From the NCBI GenBank assembly GCA_944377825.1, contig CALWGA010000050.1:329-64328 (forward strand): 64,000 nt of DNA, read 5' to 3'. Below the pieces are notes generated by a model, which made no database searches, was not told the DNA's origin, and worked only from the letters and a program-made list of their open reading frames with translations. The stretch is from an uncultured Clostridia bacterium (GTDB lineage: Bacteria > Bacillota > Clostridia > Christensenellales > UBA1242). The stretch's first letter is position 1; each line of letters starts with the position of its first letter. Positions 29,825-39,728 of this stretch are shown in pieces. The position numbers and the translations under genes were made by a program.

Positions 29825-32500
29825 TCAGCCTCCAAAGAGTTGTCTGATGTAATCGTTGGCAACAACTTGGACGGTTGTTCTCGAAGTTGGACCTGTGATT
29901 AAGAATGCTTGTCCAACGCCGGCGGTAACGATGGAGTTTTGTTCCTCTTCGTTGATACCGCCTGACTTTTTGTAAAGTTCAGTTAGGTCGTTCACGTCGT
30001 TTGGCGCAAGCGAGAAAATCATGGAATACTGACACGCGTTGATAACGGCGGTTGACTGCCTTTTAATTTCATCCGTTCCGATAAAGTCGGCAAGGTTCTG
30101 CGTAATGACGATTTGCATACCGCCATACTTTCTGATACGCTTAGCCATTTGCGCCATGAAGTCAAGCGCGATAGGATATTTAGGATTGATGAAGATGTGC
30201 GCCTCATCCACCGCAACGATGACCTTTCTGTTCTTATGGTACTTCGCGTTAAAGTCCTTGTTATTGATGATTTCATTGTTCAAGTATCTAAAGACGAGAA
30301 GCATCTGCGCGTTGGTAACCGTTGGGTTATTGCTTGCAACAAGCGACTGAAAGTTGAAGGTGACAAAGTTTTCGTTTGTTTCAATGGAGGTTGGTCCATT
30401 CCAAAGGGCGCTGTTACGTCCGCCAGTGGCAAACTTTTTAATGTAAGTTTCAACTGTCATCAAGTTTCTAACAGTGAAATCGTCCTTCGCCGTCTTTAAG
30501 CGTTTCAAAATCAAGTTGTATAGGTCGTCGAAGATAGGATAGTCCTCAGGTTTCAACTTAGAAAGGTTTGTTTTATAGTCTATCCCCTTTCCCTTATATA
30601 CATCAATAATGAGCGAGTTCAAAACCTCAAAGGCGTCGGAGTTTATTCCTTCCAAAATCACTCTAAAGAATTGTTCAAGGAATTGAAGGTGCTGAGCGAA
30701 CGAGTCGTCAACATTCTCCACAATTTCCTTTTCGATAAGTTGCCCATATTCGTCATACTCTTCCTTCTCGTCCTCAGAAGCGTCAAGCGAAGTGATGATG
30801 TGGAAAGGATTGATGATACCTTGAAGCGACGAGCCGACATCAATAAACTTTCCGCCCAAGTTTCTCGTCAGCGTCTTATACTCATTTTCAGGGTCAAGAA
30901 TGAAAATCTTACAGTTGTCAGCCGCCAAATTTGTCAAAAGCGTCTTTGTGGCGTAACTCTTTCCCGAGCCTGATTTTCCGATAATCATCATGTTGGAGTT
31001 TACTCTCTCGCGGTCACGCTTGAAGAAGTCGACAAACACTGGATACTCATTGTCGCCCAAATACATGCCGTTATCGTCTTGCAAGGAGTTCGAAATGAAT
31101 GGGAAAGCGGCTGCAAGCGTGGTGGTTGGAATGCCACGTTTAGTCGATTTCATGGTGTCAAGACGCGAAATATTGGAAGAAATGAAGCCGTCAATCTGAC
31201 GCGAGAACATCTCGCTATACTTAAAGCCCTGTTGCTTGAGCATTGCCCTAACATCCTTTTTAGCCGCCTCTTCGCTGACAATAAAGGTGTTGACGTTGTA
31301 GAGTTGTTCGTTGTTGTTTTTAAGACTGACAAGCAGTTGTCTCAAGGTCTCAAGGTGAGTTTGATAGTCAATCTGCGTCGAACTACGCCCTGCCTTACTG
31401 AGTTTTGACTCCATTTCCATGATAGCCTTATCAATCTGTTTTTCACTGTCGAGTCTAGGCATAGGATTGAATTTCATTATAACCTTTGTTCTATCCAAAA
31501 GGAAGAAGGATGCCGCCCACGCATTGCCCACTTGAAGAGGATAGTCGATGATGTTATAAACACGATATGTATCCTTGTCGATATTGTATTTTGCGATGTT
31601 AAACTTAATCTTCTCAGGCTTTATCCAGTCGTTATACTTATTGAATGGCATAACATCCAAATCTCTTTCGTCAAATTCCTTACCCAAATTCGCCTTTAAG
31701 AAGACATATAAGTCCTTGCCAGTCAAAATTTTAGAACTTATAGGATTTAAGGATGTGGCAAGAGAAGTCACCATACCGCTGACCGTATTCTCTAGTAATT
31801 CTCTGTCGCGGTCATAGACAACGATATAGAAATAATCCTTATAAATCTTCTGTTGACGGTTTATGTATTCAAAGAAGGAAACGCGCTCTTCAAAGATAGG
31901 TGCACGCGCGTCAATCTCAGCCTCCGAAATCTGACCATCATACTGCATATCATAGAGAGTGTCATATTTTCTATTCTCATTATGGATGTAGTTATCCAGC
32001 ACCATAGGCTTTCGAATTTTCACTATCGAGCAGGTTTGGTCATTGTTAAGTCGCCTAAGTGCGTTAGCAAAACTATCTATAACATTATCCTGAAAACTTT
32101 CCGTCAAAAGCGTGAAGAACATCGGCGCAACTTCAAGCACCATTCCGTAGTATATGCCAAAATTTATGTATCTATCTTGAACAACGCCAGTATAAGGTAA
32201 GATAGTGTTGATATCGCCCTTCTTACCTTCCTTGTCGTTTGCGAATCTCTTTTTTTGCACCATAAATTTCAACAGGTAAACCATGGTGGTGTAAAATCTC
32301 ACATCGTCGGCAAACTTGAAGAACAAAGAAACCGCCACGATGACCCAAGCAAGACCCACCCAAATATGGTAATCAAAGTTGGCGGTGAAAAGAACAATGG
32401 CGATAGCAAGGAAGATGGCTCCAAGCAGAATATCAAGCCCAGTGACTCCACGGAAAAATTCAAATCTGACCTTTGTCTTTCTCGGTATCAATCTAACCAT
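29825..32500 (-). CDS. VirB4/TrsE-family secretion ATPase with N-terminal transmembrane segments
   Basis: 891 aa. Two to three N-terminal hydrophobic helices (GLDILLGAIFLAIAIVLFTA, IWVGLAWVIVAVSLFF), Walker A IIGKSGSGKSYATK, ILDPENEY, Walker B VIVAVDEAHIF and ITQNLADF match the VirB4-type motif set and order. The stop lies 14 nt before the giant lipoprotein ATG. Confidence 0.75.
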   Translation of the reverse strand: MVRLIPRKTKVRFEFFRGVTGLDILLGAIFLAIAIVLFTANFDYHIWVGLAWVIVAVSLFFKFADDVRFYTTMVYLLKFMVQKKRFANDKEGKKGDINTILPYTGVVQDRYINFGIYYGMVLEVAPMFFTLLTESFQDNVIDSFANALRRLNNDQTCSIVKIRKPMVLDNYIHNENRKYDTLYDMQYDGQISEAEIDARAPIFEERVSFFEYINRQQKIYKDYFYIVVYDRDRELLENTVSGMVTSLATSLNPISSKILTGKDLYVFLKANLGKEFDERDLDVMPFNKYNDWIKPEKIKFNIAKYNIDKDTYRVYNIIDYPLQVGNAWAASFFLLDRTKVIMKFNPMPRLDSEKQIDKAIMEMESKLSKAGRSSTQIDYQTHLETLRQLLVSLKNNNEQLYNVNTFIVSEEAAKKDVRAMLKQQGFKYSEMFSRQIDGFISSNISRLDTMKSTKRGIPTTTLAAAFPFISNSLQDDNGMYLGDNEYPVFVDFFKRDRERVNSNMMIIGKSGSGKSYATKTLLTNLAADNCKIFILDPENEYKTLTRNLGGKFIDVGSSLQGIINPFHIITSLDASEDEKEEYDEYGQLIEKEIVENVDDSFAQHLQFLEQFFRVILEGINSDAFEVLNSLIIDVYKGKGIDYKTNLSKLKPEDYPIFDDLYNLILKRLKTAKDDFTVRNLMTVETYIKKFATGGRNSALWNGPTSIETNENFVTFNFQSLVASNNPTVTNAQMLLVFRYLNNEIINNKDFNAKYHKNRKVIVAVDEAHIFINPKYPIALDFMAQMAKRIRKYGGMQIVITQNLADFIGTDEIKRQSTAVINACQYSMIFSLAPNDVNDLTELYKKSGGINEEEQNSIVTAGVGQAFLITGPTSRTTVQVVANDYIRQLFGG

Positions 32501-32769
32501 ATCTTTTCCCCTTTAAATACTAATTATATATCTTTATGATACTACAAATTAAGTCAAAAATACAAATGAATATAATAAAAAATATGAAAATTTTTATTAT
32601 TTAAAATTAATATAAAAATAGGAAAAAATATTAAATCAAATAAAAATATTAAATTTGATTAAAATTTTAATTAAAATAGATAAAATTTAATTAAAAATAT
32701 CATTTTTTTTAATAATTTTTAATAAATTTAAGGTATTTTTGGCAATTTTTTGTCAATTTTGCGATTTTT

Positions 32770-33411
32770 CTATTTTATTATAAAGAAAAGTTCGTTAAGC
32801 CTATTGTGTTTTTTCGCCTTATCAAAAATCTGCTTTGTGACCTTCACACCTTCCTTTATGATTAGTTCATTATTCATGCCGAGCAATGTTTCAAACGCAA
32901 CTTTGCCAAGATAATAGTTAGGCGAAAGATTGATAACGATAGGAAGTGCCACCTCCTTATCTTCCATAATCTTCACAGGCATATTTTCATTTTTCGCCCT
33001 AGGGAACTTTTTGCGTCTACGAACAAAAGAGACAAAGAGGATTTCCTCTCCACTATCAGAAATAAATTTGGCGTTAATCTCACATCTATCCGTCACAATC
33101 TTTTTAAGTGTGCGATATTGAAAAACATATTCCTTAACCACGCCGTAATCCTCTCCAGAATTTGAAAGCACTTTCTTTCTAAACTCGCCACTCTCTCCAA
33201 CATACTCCAAAACCGAACTATTTTCAATAAGCACACAATCATCTATTTTCTTGATATTGTCAAAACTGAGAAAATACTCCTGCTCGCTTTCCTCATCGAC
33301 AATAATATAGCCAACCTTCTTCAAAAGTTTAAAGTCAATGCAAGGCTTAAGCACATACCCCACACTCTTCTTCTCGTTTAAAGCGATAACCTTCTTTGCA
33401 ATATTTTCCAC
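32770..33411 (-). CDS. Hypothetical protein, possibly with two PRC-barrel-like domains
   Basis: The track start (TTG 33468) has no RBS. I prefer GTG 33411, preceded by AAGGAG-6 nt, giving MENIAKKVIALNEKKSVGYVLKP...GYIIVDEE (YlmC/YmxH-like pattern, weak). Confidence 0.4.
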   Translation of the reverse strand: MENIAKKVIALNEKKSVGYVLKPCIDFKLLKKVGYIIVDEESEQEYFLSFDNIKKIDDCVLIENSSVLEYVGESGEFRKKVLSNSGEDYGVVKEYVFQYRTLKKIVTDRCEINAKFISDSGEEILFVSFVRRRKKFPRAKNENMPVKIMEDKEVALPIVINLSPNYYLGKVAFETLLGMNNELIIKEGVKVTKQIFDKAKKHNRLNELFFIIK

Positions 33412-33715
33412 AACAAACTCCTTAATAAAACGATATGTGGAAAATAAAAAATTAGAATAATCTAACAAAATTAGACAGTTTTTGCAAAAAGGAAAAGACA
33501 GATTAAAACGAACAAAATATTTTTAAAGTTTAAATTAATTATTAAAGTTTAAATTGAATAATAACAAAATAAAACATCAAAATAAGCAAAATTTAATAAA
33601 AAATAAAGAAAAAATCGCGATTTTTTTTGATTTTTTTGTGATTTTTTGTCATTTTTTGTTTTTATTTTAAATTATTTTAAAAAATATTAAATTTTAAATC
33701 ACCTGAAAATTTATC

Positions 33716-33940
33716 TTATTTTGATTTTTTCTTAACATTTTCATTTAGTTTTTTCAAAACAAAGTCGCTTTCAAGCCCATGCACTAGACACGCTTCTTCC
33801 ACTGTCTCCATTTGACTAACTGGACAGGATATGCAGTGCATACCAAAACCCATAAACACATCGGCAAGATTTTCATCTATTTCAAGCACCTCGCCTATTG
33901 TCATATCTTTATTGATTAAATCTTCTTTTTGTTTTTTCAT
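33716..33940 (-). CDS. DUF1858-type small redox-disulfide domain protein
   Basis: 74 aa. ...DMTIGEVLEIDENLADVFMGFGMHCISCPVSQMETVEEACLVHG... matches the hybrid-cluster-protein-associated CxxC domain pattern. Confidence 0.7.
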   Translation of the reverse strand: MKKQKEDLINKDMTIGEVLEIDENLADVFMGFGMHCISCPVSQMETVEEACLVHGLESDFVLKKLNENVKKKSK

Positions 33941-34185
33941 TTTTCACCTCGCATGTTTATTATAACACTTTTCTCTTTCGTTGTCAAAATATATTTTCAT
34001 TTACAAAAATTTCATACAACTTTTTTGTAAATCTATTTTTTATTCTTCTTATTCCTTTTTACCATCTTATTATTTTCTCTTAATATCCAAGGCTTAGAAC
34101 AATATTTTATCTTTGTGGTTATTTACTTACAAAACCTACAAGCCATTTACCCAAACTCACACGTTGACATCAACTTATTATAAAC

Positions 34186-34914
34186 CTAAACAATCTCTTC
34201 TTTTTCAAGTTTATGCTTTATTTTGTTTAAAATTTTCTTTTCTATGCGCGAAATATAACTTTGACTTATTCCCATGATGTCCGCCACTTCCTTTTGCGTT
34301 TTCTCTTCTTCGCCATTTAGTCCAAAGCGGTATATCATAATCTTTTGCTCGCGAATGTCAAGTTTACTTAGCACATTAAAAAGTATCTGCTTATCCGAAC
34401 TCATCTCCACACCCTTCGAAACACTATCTTCGTCAAGCGGAATGATGTCGGCAAGTAGTAGTTCATTTCCGTCGCCGTCAGAAGATAAAGGCTCATCCAA
34501 ACTTACTTCGCTTTTAATGCGAGTGTTCTTCCTTAACTGCATTAAAATTTCATTTTCAATGCACCGACTGGCATAGGTGGCAAGTTTGATATTTTTATCT
34601 AAACTATACGTTTTAACCGCCTTAATAAGTCCAATCGCGCCGATAGAAATCAAGTCGTCAAGTTCCATACCGCTATTTTCAAACTTCTTAGCAATATACA
34701 CCACAAGTCTAATATTGTGTTCGATTAATTTATCGCGCGCCACCTTGCTTCCATTTTTAGTTTCTTCTAAAAGCACCAATTCTTCTTCACTGTCGAGTGG
34801 CTCAGGCAACGCCTCTTTGCCATTTATATAAAAGACAAAATTTTGCGCTTCTCTCCACTCTTCTTTGTGCAGTAGCCTAAACAAAAATAACTTTATTTTT
34901 CTTAAAATATTCAT
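34186..34914 (-). CDS. sigE: Sporulation sigma factor sigma-E (pro-sigma-E)
   Basis: Near-colinear with Bacillus SigE: ...GKEALPEPL..., NIRLVVYIAKKFENSG, ISIGAIGLIKAVKTY, KLATYASRCIENEILM, EEKTQKEVADIMGISQSYISRIEKK. It lies directly downstream of spoIIGA. Confidence 0.92.
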   Translation of the reverse strand: MNILRKIKLFLFRLLHKEEWREAQNFVFYINGKEALPEPLDSEEELVLLEETKNGSKVARDKLIEHNIRLVVYIAKKFENSGMELDDLISIGAIGLIKAVKTYSLDKNIKLATYASRCIENEILMQLRKNTRIKSEVSLDEPLSSDGDGNELLLADIIPLDEDSVSKGVEMSSDKQILFNVLSKLDIREQKIMIYRFGLNGEEEKTQKEVADIMGISQSYISRIEKKILNKIKHKLEKEEIV

Positions 34915-35001
34915 AAAATCCTCCTAAAAACGCAATTTTTTCGCTTTTTTCTCATTTTTATCCTATTTTTTCCAAATTTTTATCTTTAACTAACTTAAAC
35001 A

Positions 35002-35793
35002 TCAAACAAAGGAACTATTTAAAATCATCTCATATGACGAGAAATTTTTATAAGTTAATGCCAGCATTGGCTTATCGACGACCTCCTTTCCGCTGACCGA
35101 CATTCTGTCAATTTCAAAGGTCAAAACCTTGTCGCCTTTACCGACAGTGTCAAGATGAATAAAATGCCCAAATGTAAACTTTGAAACATCCACCTTTTTC
35201 GTCAATAGTTCTATCGTCTTTTCCTGTCCAAAAATTTTACTGAAGAGATTTAAATCAATTATTGAAACAGGTCTATTTGTCAGCGGGTCAATTAAAAGGT
35301 TGCCAGTATCTAAAAATCCCTTGCACCTAACACGCTTGCCTTCAACCTCCAGTTCAACATCGTAACAAAGATTTTGCACCGCCTTTCGCTTATTTAAGAA
35401 CTTTATAAGATATTTCAAGATAAGGTAAGTTAATGTTACAACGCCTAAGATAATCAGCGTGGCGATTTCGCCAAAACTTTGCTCGATAAACGCCACAACT
35501 CCTCCATATAAAAAAGTGGAAAATAGAAAGACCAAAAACACCTTAATAAAGGAGCGAATTGAAGAAAACTTAAAAGCCATATTTGTGAGAAGTATGCCTA
35601 AAAGAATTTTAATAAAAAATAGTGGCAATTTTCCAAGATGAAAGATAGGCAAAATTAATGCAACAACAGAAGCAAAAAGAGAAATCAAAAACAAAAATCT
35701 GCCTTTGATTTTCAGCACCATGGATGTGGTTTTAAATATCATTAAGTCAATCAAAACATTTTCTAAAAGCACATACTCAACAACAATCTCCAT
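35002..35793 (-). CDS. spoIIGA: Sigma-E processing peptidase SpoIIGA
   Basis: Start trimmed to ATG 35793 (MEIVVEYVLLENVLIDLMIF...). The N-half has five hydrophobic helices and the C-half has the aspartic-protease motif FLDTGN. It is adjacent to sigE. Confidence 0.85.
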   Translation of the reverse strand: MEIVVEYVLLENVLIDLMIFKTTSMVLKIKGRFLFLISLFASVVALILPIFHLGKLPLFFIKILLGILLTNMAFKFSSIRSFIKVFLVFLFSTFLYGGVVAFIEQSFGEIATLIILGVVTLTYLILKYLIKFLNKRKAVQNLCYDVELEVEGKRVRCKGFLDTGNLLIDPLTNRPVSIIDLNLFSKIFGQEKTIELLTKKVDVSKFTFGHFIHLDTVGKGDKVLTFEIDRMSVSGKEVVDKPMLALTYKNFSSYEMILNSSFV

Positions 35794-36126
35794 CCGCCCT
35801 CGCTTATAAACATAATATTTCATTTTAATCACATACGCCTTCAAAAAAAATAACAAAAAGAGAACTTTTTTCGCTCTTTTTGTCATATTGAAATTTAAAG
35901 CAAATATTAGCAATATCAAAATTGAAATAAAAAACGTAATTTAATTGTTTAATTTTAAATCATTTTTACTCTATCTAGTAACTGTCATAAATTCTTTCTT
36001 TTTGATAAAATTTATAATTTTGTCTCAGCAAAAAACAGCATAATCTTATAAAAAACAATAAAAATACAAAAAATGCCATTTTTATTGATAAAAAACAGCA
36101 ATTTTTGGTAAATTTTATTAAATTTT

Positions 36127-37539
36127 CTACGAAAAGAATTTTATCTTCTTTTCCACCATCTCATCAATGCGCGAGATATAATCTTCGATAAACTTGCAAT
36201 TCGGTTGACGCTCCAGCCTGTTTTCTAGATTAAAAACGCGCTTGCTTATTGCACCTGCGCCAACACCGATGACGGAAGAGACATCTTCCATGCTGTCGAT
36301 GTTAAACATGCACACATGACCATCTCTAAAGTAACCGACATTTTCCAGTCCGCCAATTTGATGTTTTTGACGATAGATGTAATATGGTTTATATCCATTC
36401 TCTTGCAATGTCTTTTCTGCATAGTCCACCATCTTTGGCACATCTCGCTCAGACACCTGCGACTTATCCTCTTTGAGCGGTGCACCATTTTTAATCGTCA
36501 AAGTGTGCACCGTGATATTATGCGGAGCAAGTTCCAAAAGCGTGTTTATTGAGCGCTTGAATATGCCAAGTTTCTCGCCTGGAAGTCCTGCAATCATATC
36601 CATATTGACGATAAAGTCATATTCCATAGCAAGCATATATGCTTCAAAAATTTGCTTATTTGTCTGTTTTCTTCCAATTCTTTTAAGCGTGGTTTCACAA
36701 AACGTTTGAGGATTTATCGAAATTCTGTTGACGTTGTGTCGCTTCAAAATCTCCAATTTTTCACGCGTTATCGTGTCCGCTCTTCCGCACTCCACAGTAA
36801 ACTCCGAAACAGGATAATTGATTTCGCCAAGGAGCCTATCAAGTTGCTTTGCGGAGAGCACTGTTGGCGTGCCACCACCAATGTAGATAGTTCGCACAAT
36901 ATAGGACTTATCTTGAATTAACTCCTTAACCGCTTTAAGTTCCTTTAAAACACAATCTAAATATGTATCCACTTTATCGGCAACCTTGCATAGTTCGCTT
37001 GAGATAAAAGAGCAATAGTTACACCTTGTTGGACAGATAGGAATGTTGATGAAAAGGTCGACAAGTTTATCGTTTTTTATAATGCACTTTTGATTTTTCA
37101 TAATCTCATAGACAAGTTTTGCTTTATCTTCACTGACAAAATATTCCTTCATCATAACTTCCGGCACGATGTGTTCCTTAATCTCCCCGCGTTCCACCAT
37201 TTCACGCATAAACTTGCATGGTCTGACGCCTGTCAGCGAACCCCATGGAAGCGTTTTCTTTGTGAGCGAAGAAAGCACTTGATAGAGATGATTTTTGAAA
37301 AAGCCTTTCACAACACTCTTCTCTCTCAGTGGACTTAGTCCAACAGGTATGGTGAAGAATTTTACGAACTCCTTATTTTCGCCATTAATCTCAATTTCAA
37401 TCTTGCTTGTCAGTGTGCTATCCAAAACGCTGTCACTGTGGTGCAATAAGAAAGGCATGTCACCTTCTGGGTCAAAGAAGTTGACAAGGTCTTGCATCTC
37501 AACTTGGAAAGCCTCACTGTCACAAACAATCTTCATCAT
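36127..37539 (-). CDS. Radical-SAM coproporphyrinogen-III oxidase-like protein (HemZ/HemN family)
   Basis: 470 aa with radical-SAM CPTRCNYCSF and a GGGTPT motif. The size and N-terminal extension resemble HemZ. Confidence 0.65.
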   Translation of the reverse strand: MMKIVCDSEAFQVEMQDLVNFFDPEGDMPFLLHHSDSVLDSTLTSKIEIEINGENKEFVKFFTIPVGLSPLREKSVVKGFFKNHLYQVLSSLTKKTLPWGSLTGVRPCKFMREMVERGEIKEHIVPEVMMKEYFVSEDKAKLVYEIMKNQKCIIKNDKLVDLFINIPICPTRCNYCSFISSELCKVADKVDTYLDCVLKELKAVKELIQDKSYIVRTIYIGGGTPTVLSAKQLDRLLGEINYPVSEFTVECGRADTITREKLEILKRHNVNRISINPQTFCETTLKRIGRKQTNKQIFEAYMLAMEYDFIVNMDMIAGLPGEKLGIFKRSINTLLELAPHNITVHTLTIKNGAPLKEDKSQVSERDVPKMVDYAEKTLQENGYKPYYIYRQKHQIGGLENVGYFRDGHVCMFNIDSMEDVSSVIGVGAGAISKRVFNLENRLERQPNCKFIEDYISRIDEMVEKKIKFFS

Positions 37540-39614
37540 TCACTCCTATAAACTTTTTCCACGCCTTTGACGCTTTCAAAGGTCTTAATCGCGCTGTCGA
37601 TGTCGCTCTTATCTTTCACTTCAATTATTATATCAAAAATTATATCATCTTTAACCTTTTTTGAAGAAAATCCTTTCAAATTCAGTTTCAAATTGCGTGC
37701 AACGTTGTTTATATAGTCGCTTGCCTTTGCGTCGCTGGAGACAACTTTGATGATTGCGGTGTATTTCGAATCAGAATTTTGCTCCCACTTCGCCGAGATA
37801 AGTCTTTCTTTCTCAAGATATTTAAGGTTTGGACATTCCTTCCTATGTATCGTCACACCTCTTCCGCGCGAGATGTAACCGATTATCTCATCGCCCATAA
37901 CTGGCGAACAACAGCCAGCAAAGCGAATGAGCAGTCCGCTGTCGCCGTCGACAAGCACGCCGTCTTTATTCTTCTTAACTTCAATGATTTGTTCGGTGAC
38001 CTGTTTTGATTTTTCCTTGTAGTAAAGATTGGTCAGCCTGCCGATAACGGAATTTACCTGAAGCGTTCCGCCACCAATTTCAGCGTAGAGCATTTCAGGA
38101 GTCTCCATCATATATGACGAGGCAATTTCGTTTAAATATTTCTCTTTTTCCGCCTTTGTGATATTGAAATTCTTTGCCTTAAACGCCTGTTCGAAGATAT
38201 TTTTTCCAACGCGCGTGTTCTCTTCCTTAAACTCACTCTTAAAGAAGGAGCGTATTTTTGAGCGAGCGGACGAAGTTTTCACATATTTAAGCCAGTCACG
38301 CGATGGTCCTTTACTGTTTTGGTTTGTGATAATCTCAACAGTGTCGCCGTTGTTGAGTTCAGTTGTGATAGGATAAAGTTTGCCATTGATTTTTCCGCCG
38401 ACACATTTATTGCCAATTTCGCTGTGAATGGCATAAGCAAAATCGATGACTGTGGAGTGGGCAGGAAGTTCCAAAACCTTACCTTTCGGCGTTTGCACAA
38501 AGATGCTTTCGCCGTATAGGTCGCTTTTCAAGGTCGCCAAAAACTCTTCAGGTGGAAGGTCGTTGGCGTTTTCCAAAATCTCCTTAAAGCGCGCAAACTT
38601 TGCGTCTAGTTTATTCGACTTTCTTCTCTCCTTATATATCCAGTGCGCAGCAATACCATATTCCGCGTGCCTATGCATATCAAAGGTTCTAATTTGAATT
38701 TCAAGTGGTCGGTTGTTGTCGGCAATTATGGTGGTGTGCAAACTTTGGTAGCCGTTTGGCTTAGGGTTTGCGATGTAATCTTTCACACGCTCTGGGATAG
38801 GTCTATAAATCGCATGAATTTTACCTAAAACCGAATAGCAGTCTTCAACTGTCGGCACAAGCACACGCATAGCGAGCAGGTCATAGACTTTGCCGAGCGT
38901 GATGTTTTTCTTTTGCAGTTTTTTATAAACGCTGTAAAAATGCTTTTGCCTTTTTTGAATTTCGCCTTCAATTCCAAGTTCGTGAAGAATTTTGAAGAGT
39001 TTACGCTCCACAATCTCCATCTGCTTCATATTGTCGTCGGTTTTTAAAAGCACATTGTTTTTAAGTTCGTTATACGCCTTTGGCTCAAGCAATTTAAAAG
39101 TGTTCTCTTCAAAAGATGATTTGAATTTCCCAAGTCCTAAACTTTCGGCGAGCGGAGAAAAAATATCTGCCACAATTTTGACAAACTTTTTGGTCTCCGC
39201 GTCCATAGGGAGTGTGATGCGTGACAAATCATAGTCAATCGTTGCAAACTTGATAATGACCACACGCATATCCTGGCAGATTGCCACAAACATACGCTTG
39301 ATATCTTCCGCCTCACCGCTTTTTGAGATGGTGTTGACATTTCTAAGGAGTTTGAAAGTTTCAAAAAGTTTTTTCTGCGACTCGGTCAACTCATCGATAT
39401 AGTTCTCCGCTTCCTCTTCTATAACTTTGTAGAACTGAAAAAGCAGGTATCCCATCAAGACTTCGTTCTGCATATTGTATTCTGCCATAATATCGATGAC
39501 GTGGTTAAGCCTGTCGAGATTGATGTCCTCAACAACTAAACTATTAACCAACTTATTTTCATGTGGTGATAACTTAAAATTTTTCTTAATGTTATCTATA
39601 ACAATTTCTCTCAT
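37536..39614 (-). CDS. relA: Long RelA/SpoT-homolog (p)ppGpp synthetase with degenerate hydrolase motifs
   Basis: 692 aa. The synthetase block is intact (HFYSVYKKL..., YDLLAMRVLV, GYQSLHTTI, EIQIRTFDMHRHAEYGIAAHW), and TGS and ACT-like C-terminal domains are present. At the expected HD positions I read LLFQFYKVIEEE and FATIDYDL instead of LHDVVEDT and ADRLHNM. Confidence 0.85.
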   Translation of the reverse strand: MREIVIDNIKKNFKLSPHENKLVNSLVVEDINLDRLNHVIDIMAEYNMQNEVLMGYLLFQFYKVIEEEAENYIDELTESQKKLFETFKLLRNVNTISKSGEAEDIKRMFVAICQDMRVVIIKFATIDYDLSRITLPMDAETKKFVKIVADIFSPLAESLGLGKFKSSFEENTFKLLEPKAYNELKNNVLLKTDDNMKQMEIVERKLFKILHELGIEGEIQKRQKHFYSVYKKLQKKNITLGKVYDLLAMRVLVPTVEDCYSVLGKIHAIYRPIPERVKDYIANPKPNGYQSLHTTIIADNNRPLEIQIRTFDMHRHAEYGIAAHWIYKERRKSNKLDAKFARFKEILENANDLPPEEFLATLKSDLYGESIFVQTPKGKVLELPAHSTVIDFAYAIHSEIGNKCVGGKINGKLYPITTELNNGDTVEIITNQNSKGPSRDWLKYVKTSSARSKIRSFFKSEFKEENTRVGKNIFEQAFKAKNFNITKAEKEKYLNEIASSYMMETPEMLYAEIGGGTLQVNSVIGRLTNLYYKEKSKQVTEQIIEVKKNKDGVLVDGDSGLLIRFAGCCSPVMGDEIIGYISRGRGVTIHRKECPNLKYLEKERLISAKWEQNSDSKYTAIIKVVSSDAKASDYINNVARNLKLNLKGFSSKKVKDDIIFDIIIEVKDKSDIDSAIKTFESVKGVEKVYRSE

Positions 39615-39728
39615 CTTTACTCCGTAGATATTTTAGCAAAATTATAGAACAATTTCAATCACTTAACTTAAAATTATATGCGATAATTTAATAACTTTGT
39701 CTAAGATAGAATAGAAACTTTAATATTT

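Noticed and set aside
29825-32500. The VirB4-like gene as evidence of an integrated conjugative element.
   Set aside because: No relaxase, coupling protein, VirB6-like or VirB1-like gene, integrase or att-like repeat is visible in the surrounding 30 kb, and the neighbours are core genes. I kept it as an orphan ATPase plus giant-lipoprotein pair instead.
32501-32769. A possible CRISPR-like or tandem-repeat array in the AT-rich intergenic regions (also 33480-33715, 9185-9460 and 51300-51456).
   Set aside because: The repeats are short, degenerate A/T-tract motifs without unique spacers of constant length, and no cas genes are present. I interpret them as low-complexity or curved promoter DNA.
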